DNA of 64,000 bases from Vicugna vicugna (taxonomy: Eukaryota), in NCBI GenBank assembly GCA_013265495.1, contig MU058687.1, positions 3,102,001 through 3,166,000 of the forward strand, in the 5' to 3' direction. A model generated the notes under the pieces. That model was not told where the DNA came from and did not search any database. It was given only the letters and a program-made list of their open reading frames with translations. Positions 50,001 to 64,000 of this stretch are shown piece by piece. The translations under genes and the position numbers were made by a program. Numbering within the stretch: the first letter of the stretch is position 1; every line of letters starts with the position of its first letter.

Positions 50001-52028
50001 CAAAATAAAACACTAGCTGTAAGTTCATTGCTTTAAGTTTGTGACTTCTGCAAACCCTACACCACTAAACAGTCACCACAGTGCAAAAGCTCTCTGGTAT
50101 TCTAATGGGGTTCTGTGGTGAGGAACTAGATATGCAGGAAAGGTTAGTAATGTATTTTACTTTACAGGACTAATGACTTAGTTATCACAATCTTTTTTAC
50201 TTCAGCTTGTGCATGCTATCTATATGTAGTCCCTGTATCTTTACTTGGTACTTTAAATTCACCTTTATCTGTTCTTAAAAAAGTAAAATAAAAACCTTGG
50301 AATATTTCAAGGGCTTAAGGCTCTCAGATGCTGAGAGTAACCAAAGATAACTTAAGACATGAAAACAAAACTCCACAAACCATAGTATTGCTTATTTCCT
50401 CCACTACATGTATGTGCAAGAACATACCACAGCTGATCACAGGATGCTCAGGAGAATCTGGACTGAGAATTTTTACCAATAAAAGGAGGGATTTAAAAAA
50501 TAGAGATGTGCAAAACTACTTTCACACAATACTTTTCCAATCCATTCTCAATCTTTCCCCTATAATACTTGATGGCTACTAAAAAATAAACTGATCTTGG
50601 GCATAAAAAAAGTCAAAAAATTCTCTTCACTTAAGCATTGGTCAACAGAAAAAAATAAGAACTTCAATATGGTGATTTCCAGATTTGTTCTTTGGTCAAG
50701 CAGTATAAAGCTCTCTGAAAGAAGTCCCCTTACCTGGTATGAAAACAGAGTCAAAACAGAAGGTTAGCAAAGAAGTAAATGTTCAGAATTTCTCGAGGGA
50801 TGGTGGGCAGGGTAGCAGGAGATGGAGCCCCGTAGGCCCCAGATGCCAGGTTAGAACTGCATTAGGACATCAAGAATAAGGGAGAACTGGCCTCAGAGTG
50901 AAATTTAAATGGGTCATCTTCTAAAAAGGGTAAGTTGATAGACGTTAATCCTTAAATTAGGAACATGACAAATGATTTCTGAGCAGAGCTTTACCAACAT
51001 TTTCCTTTATCAGTTTAAATCCTAATCTGGACCCAGATCCAGGCAGAGGCTGTCATAAGTTTGAAAAGTAGAAAGCAATAAGAACCAGACCACAGACATT
51101 CTGCAGGGAACAATCAATTCTTTGCACAGCGCCCCTGCCCTCTCACCCCAGCAGGAGTGCATGTCACTCTGTCAAGCAGCTTTATACACAGAACAGTGAA
51201 GTGTGAGTCAGCTTCACCAGAGGTCTGACCAGGGTGGGATGCGGGCGCTTTTAAAACAATTTAAGTGCTTTAAATAGAGGGTAGGAGTGTTACATTATGG
51301 CTTGGGAAGAACCCAGAAATTGGACATATGCTCAGATGTGACCATTATGAAGAATATTTGATGGTGAAAGAAGAAACCATCTAGTGACCAGAACGAAATG
51401 GAATAAGACCAAGCCTGGGAGGCTCCTGGCCAGGGAAGGTTAGACAATGAGGGAGGGTTCCAGCAATGTTAGTTTTTACTGTTTTTCTTAAATGGCTAAA
51501 CTTAAGACACATGAAAACACTGGTTGATCACATGACTGGTTAATTAAGGATTCCAAAGTTGGCAGCCTCTGAGACCTGGACTGGAAGTAAGTGGAAGTCA
51601 CTTGCTCCCCAGGAAGGAGGGCCAGGTGAGTCAGAGGCTACAATGCCAGGGCCAGCAGGAGCTTTCGATGGGCCCACATCTGCCAGGTGGCTGGGAGAGG
51701 TGAATGGTCTGCGTGGTTAGCCAGAGACGGGCTTGGGTCAGCGTGATTTCACAAGTAGAATAGTTATAAAATAAAACATTTTTTAATGGACAAAAAAAGC
51801 AAAGTGAGTTCACCTTTTTTTTTTTTTTTAAAAAAAAGGTGAAATGTAGCAAAGGAAGGACGTGAAGCAGTTTTTTTACTATTTACAAAATGCCATTTAG
51901 ACTGGAGGTGGCCACCATCAGTAGTTGAGAAAATGTCTTGCACAAGAGATGGCCACAGGGAACTGGCTCAGAAAGGCCACCCACGTCCTGGGTGAGGGCG
52001 AGTTCCTCTAGCAGAGCACCAAAAAGGC
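47071..52028 (-). other. SPTLC2: Probable long (about 4.7-5 kb) SPTLC2 3'UTR with two candidate distal poly(A) signals
   Basis: Nearly repeat-free stretch after the stop. Minus-strand AATAAA at 47304-47309 and 47071-47076, beyond which L2 and L1 repeats resume. Confidence 0.6.
48750..48786 (-). pseudogene. Retroposed 5' half of tRNA-Gly(TCC), a tailless tRNA retropseudogene, with a 15-bp TSD
   Basis: Minus strand reads GCGTTGGTGGTATAGTGGTTAGCATAGCTGCCTTCCA, the recalled first 37 nt of mammalian tRNA-Gly-TCC. Flanked by taaaacccattctgg at 48738-48752 and 48790-48804. Confidence 0.9.
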
Positions 52029-59384
<7,356 letters not shown>

Positions 59385-60569
59385 CTATCTCTATCCTATC
59401 AAACAGTTCTACATTTTGTTTCTTCCTTTCCAACATACAATATTTTTACACAGTACACTGTAAAGAATATAAACAGAAACACATATATCTTGCTTTGTAT
59501 TCTGCCATACTAGACACTGACAGCAGATTTTATAATAATATACAGAATAAAGTTTACTGATTAGCATTTCCATGCACGTTAGCAGCCTCGAACATCTGCA
59601 TTGATACCACCTCACTTAACACTACTATCCCTTCACAGCAGGCAGGATATTTATCATCATTTTCATTTTATACATTAGGAGACTCATAAAGGTAGTGACT
59701 GGCCTACAGTCACACAGTTTGAGGGGCACAGCTGAGACTAGAATCCAGGCCTCTCAACTTCACTACTCATTCCAACTGTGCTGCAAGTAATTTTACACAT
59801 AAGACCAGAGATAGAGCCATTCAGAGCCCCAAATTTTCCTCTTAAGAGATTGAATTTTTGTTACTATTTCCCTAAAACTTCTAGCAATAGCATATCTGTA
59901 TCACATAATGTCATATTTTTAATCCTACTCTGTTCATCTCCCTAAAACACAAGCGGATTAAGACGTACATTTTTCTAACCACTAACTGCCTAAATTTTTG
60001 GCCTAGTTTTGACTTTATGACAGGTCAACCTATGAATAGATGTCCAAAAACAATTGTTCTGTTATAGAAAGCAAGCCATAAGTTCAAAAGATCAGCTTGC
60101 AAAGGACTAAGCACTGTTTCATGGTTTTTCAACCATGAATACTCACAAATAAGAAAAGGTCACAGTCATTTTTTCACATATATAAAAAAGTCAGCAAATT
60201 CATATTTTTAAAAATACAAAGCAGCACACAGCTGAAAAGATAAATTAATCAGAAATACAGATGACCAATAACTGTCCTTAGAATCAGAATACTAACATAT
60301 CCATCATTGATTGGAAGCTATGCTAGATAGGTCTGCTACAAATAACTCCAAATTAAATCTCTTTATGCAAATAATTTCAAGTTGACCAGAGAAGCACACA
60401 CAAGCTTAGTTTAATGTGAACACTAAAGAACATCATTTAAGTCATGACATACAACATACAAATATTAAAGCAGATATTAAAGTATACTATATTTATGTTG
60501 AGAATTGACGAGTCATAGACCCTATTCTCCCCTAGAAATTCCAACACACGCTTACTCTAGATTTAGAAA

Positions 60570-61775
60570 AGAGACTTCCACTTCTGGCCATTACAGAGTA
60601 CCCAGAACCAGATTTACTTTCCTGCTTGTAAACAACAGAAAGTTGGACAGAATATATAAAATAATGGTTTTTAGACACTGGGCCACAGGCAGTGCAAGAC
60701 TGTGCTGCCAGAGAGAAGGGAAACAAGAAGTGAGACTTTGGACTGGCCCCCTACTGCTAGAAGACAGGTCCCGGGCTGCTTCAGGTGGGGGAACTAGTCT
60801 TGTTAGTTGAGGACACCAGAGGTCAGGGTTGGGGGGCTAAGGCGAGCAGCATAACAGGAGAGGAGGAAGGTGCACAGAGAGAGCGTCAGGGATCTGCAGC
60901 AGGGACCCCTAGAGCCTCTGGCAGAGTGCTGATCTGCGTACTTATAAGAAGAAAACATGAGGGGCTGGGGAAAGCTCCACCAGAAAGCAGCAGAGTGAAC
61001 GGTTCCCCGCACTCATACGGAGTTGAGAATAGTTTGTATTTTCACCAAGCAGAAAGAAAAGACCTCAGATTCACACTAGTAGAAGAGTTAAATTAGCCCT
61101 ATACTGAAAGCTGCTCTGGCCACCCTAATACCCCTTAAAAGCAAGTCTCAAAAACGATCCAAACAATCCCGCGAACAAAGTCCAACACTATTACCTAAGG
61201 GAATACAACAAAATGTAGCCTCTAATAATTTAAGATTCACAATGTCTGGCATAAAATTAAAAATTCCAGGCACTCAAAGAAACAGGAAAATATGACTCAG
61301 CAACCAGGAGAAAAGTCTATCAATAAAAACAGACCAGAAAGGACAGAGTTTTTTAACAGACAAGGATGTAAAAATGCTATTATAAATATGCTCCATGCAT
61401 TCAGAAAGGTAGAGGAAACATGATGAAGAGAGAAAGGAAACACATAAAAAGGAACAAATAATTGACATATGCAATAATGATGATGAATCAGAAAAGTATT
61501 ATGTTAAATGAAATAAGCCAGACACAAAAGACAATACAACTGTGGACTCATTTATAGGAAATTCTTTAAGAGATCTAATTATAGTGATTGAAAACAGATT
61601 AGTGGTTGCCAGGCAATGGAGAAAGGACTGACACCAAAGGGGTATGAGGGAACTTTCCAGGAGTTATACCTCGCTTATGGAGTCGTTACATATGACAAAA
61701 GTCATGGATTTACACACTTAAAATTGGTGAATTTTATTGTATACAAATGATATCTTATTAAAAAATTTTAAAAAT
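60570..61775 (+). mobile_element. Degenerate L1M fragments (5' region and 3' end)
   Basis: gacttccacttctggcca start; later aaataagccagacacaaaaga...agattagtggttgccagg...aaattggtgaattttattgta. Confidence 0.6.
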
Positions 61776-62277
61776 TAGTGACACATTTGCTAAGTGTACA
61801 TTATTTTTTTCCTGCACCACTTACTGTTTTACAACTTGCTACCTTTTTCTTATCACAAACTACCTCCCGTTAAAATTTTTTTCTCATTCCAAGATTATCA
61901 AGAAAAATTATCAAGGAAAAGAAAAAATGTTAAGAGATATAGACTTTAACTCTTCCACTAACTGCTGTATCATTTCTTTAATGAAAGGAAGTGGAAATCT
62001 CAGTCTCATCATTTGCTGTCATTTGTCCCCTGAAAAGAAGAGTCCCAGAGGAAAACACATCTAAAATAACACTCATATAGACAACAAAAAGATGGTGGGA
62101 ACAGGCATTTAAAACTTCCAACTTATATATCTTCATAACTGCTGAACAGTATTCCTTAGGAAAGATATACCACAATTTGTTTATGTATTTACATGTTAAT
62201 GAACATCAGAGTTCAGATTATCAACCTTCATTTTAGCAGTTTATAAAGTTCAGATTAAAAAGAATTCTCCCTAAATA

Positions 62278-63022
62278 GAGGATGTGGAGAAAAGGGAACT
62301 CTTGCAAACTGCTGGTAGGAATGAAAATTGGTGCATCCACTATGGAAAACAGTATGGAGGTTCCTTAAAAAACTAAAAATAGAACTACCACATGATCCAT
62401 CAATCCCACTCCTGGGTATATATCTGGAAGAAAACAAAAAGACTAATTAAAAAAAATATATGCACCCCAATGTTCATAGCAGCACTACTTACAATAGCCA
62501 AGGCATGGAAACAACCAAAGAGTCCATCAACAGATGACTGGATTAAGATGTGGAATACATACACAATGGAATATTACTCAGCCATAAAAAACAATGAAAT
62601 TCTGGCATTTGCAGCAATAGGGACGGACCTAGAGGACATCACGCTTAGTGAAATAAGTCAGCAGAGAAAGACAAATATTATATAAGACGTATATGTAGAA
62701 TCTAAAAAATAATATGAATGAATGTATATACAAAACAGAAACAGACTCAAAGCCACAGAAAACAAACTTGTGGTTACCAAAGAGGAAAGGGGCAAAGGGC
62801 TAATTTAGGAATTAGGGATTAACAGATACATACTACTGTATATAAAACAGATAAACAAGGACCTACTGTATGGCACATGGAACTATATTCAATATCTTGT
62901 AATGACCTATAATGGAAAAGAATCTGAAAAACAACAAATATATGTATATGTGTATAATTGAATCACTTTGCTGTATACCAGAAGCTAACACATTGTAAGT
63001 CAACTATACTTCAATTTAAAAA
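62278..63022 (+). mobile_element. Comparatively young 5'-truncated L1 (ORF2 C-terminus, 3'UTR, A-tail)
   Basis: ORF 62392..62685 reads CTPMFIAALLTIAKAWKQPK...YTMEYYSAIKNNE. A-tail present. Degenerate TSD aattctccctaaata / aatctcctaaata. Confidence 0.9.
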
Positions 63023-63153
63023 AATCTCCTAAATAAATATTTAAGTATCCTAGTCATGCCCAAATAAGGGAAGAATTACTCTAATTGGCAACTAACAGTT
63101 CAGTTTCATTTGATTCTAACTGCTTTAGGTAGATATGGTAAAATAATATACTA

Positions 63154-63344
63154 CAATTGATCCTTGAACAGCACAGAGGTTAAAACACATATAAATTTAT
63201 AGTCAGTCCTCCATAGGCGAGATCCCTCTGAATGTGCAGATTCAACCAACCAGGGACGGTGAAGTACTGTAGTATTTATTATCGTAAAATATTCACATAA
63301 ATGTGGACCCAGGCAGTTCAAACATGTTGTTCACAGGTTCACTG
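63154..63344. mobile_element. Tigger2/MER8-like MITE
   Basis: TA-caattgatccttgaacagca...tgttgttcacaggttcactg-TA: inverted ends with a TA TSD. Confidence 0.72.
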
Positions 63345-64000
63345 TACTTACACTTTATACACAAAGAAACAGGCCCATAAATGTTAAACTACTTTCTCTA
63401 AGGTCTTTCATTTAGTAGGAGGCAGACCAAGATTTTCTGACTCCACTTCAGTGCTTTTTCTCCTATATCACACCAAAAAATTACGTATTTTTCAAACTTT
63501 AAAGTTTTAACCCTTTACTGGGTAACAATATCTGTATTTTACTTTTTAAAGGGCACTTACTGGCAAATGAATGGGATAGGGATGAATGGGGATGGGAGCT
63601 TAAGGAGACACCGGACAAGTAAGAGACAAGTAGAAAGCAGTTCTTCCAATAAATTCATCACGATCAGCAAACTGCAATCATCACTGGTGGACAGTGGGAT
63701 AAAGACTGAGTAGAAGCGTCAAGATCATTGCTAGAGAAAGATGCAAAGTAATTAGAAATGGCGGTCACAGTGAATCACAGAAATTAACTGGTCTGTGTAT
63801 CCTATGAAACTAGTAGGCTGAACAATGAAACTGCCAATATTTGACTATTTTTGACCTAAAAAAAGGAAATTTCTTCTGGTTCAATGGAATAATTTCAAAG
63901 ATAATAACAGGAAAAGCAGTCAAGTGTAGCTAAATCAGTAAGCTTTGGCAGTTATACAGATTGGAAAGTAGCTATCCCTAATTCCTGAGGTGATACCGAA

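Noticed and set aside
62392..62685. 97-aa ORF as a possible gene
   Set aside because: It is the L1 ORF2p C-terminus in a truncated copy. The same applies to 8016..8270 and 54877..55086.

Overview
Mammalian genomic DNA, most likely from a camelid (five tRNA-derived SINEs resemble the camelid Vic-1 family). The window is syntenic with human 14q24.3 and holds four spliced genes. (1) VIPAS39 on the minus strand: a likely non-coding first exon plus 11 coding exons, running off the left edge. (2) AHSA1 on the plus strand: complete, 9 exons, 338 aa, head-to-head with VIPAS39 across a CpG-island bidirectional promoter. (3) ISM2 on the minus strand: complete, 6 exons, 497 aa. (4) The last three coding exons and about 5 kb of 3'UTR of SPTLC2 on the minus strand. 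I checked all exon boundaries by hand for GT-AG and phase continuity. The rest is introns and intergenic DNA with L1, L2, MIR, SINE and DNA-transposon relics. I found no new multi-gene system. The most unusual items are: a 37-nt 5'-half of tRNA-Gly(TCC) inserted with a 15-bp target-site duplication into the SPTLC2 3'UTR; a cluster of hairpins in AHSA1 intron 4; a T41-GCAG pseudo-acceptor followed by an in-frame stop and AATAAA in AHSA1 intron 7; and an overlapping uORF over the VIPAS39 start codon. Gene and repeat names come from recalled sequences, not database searches.
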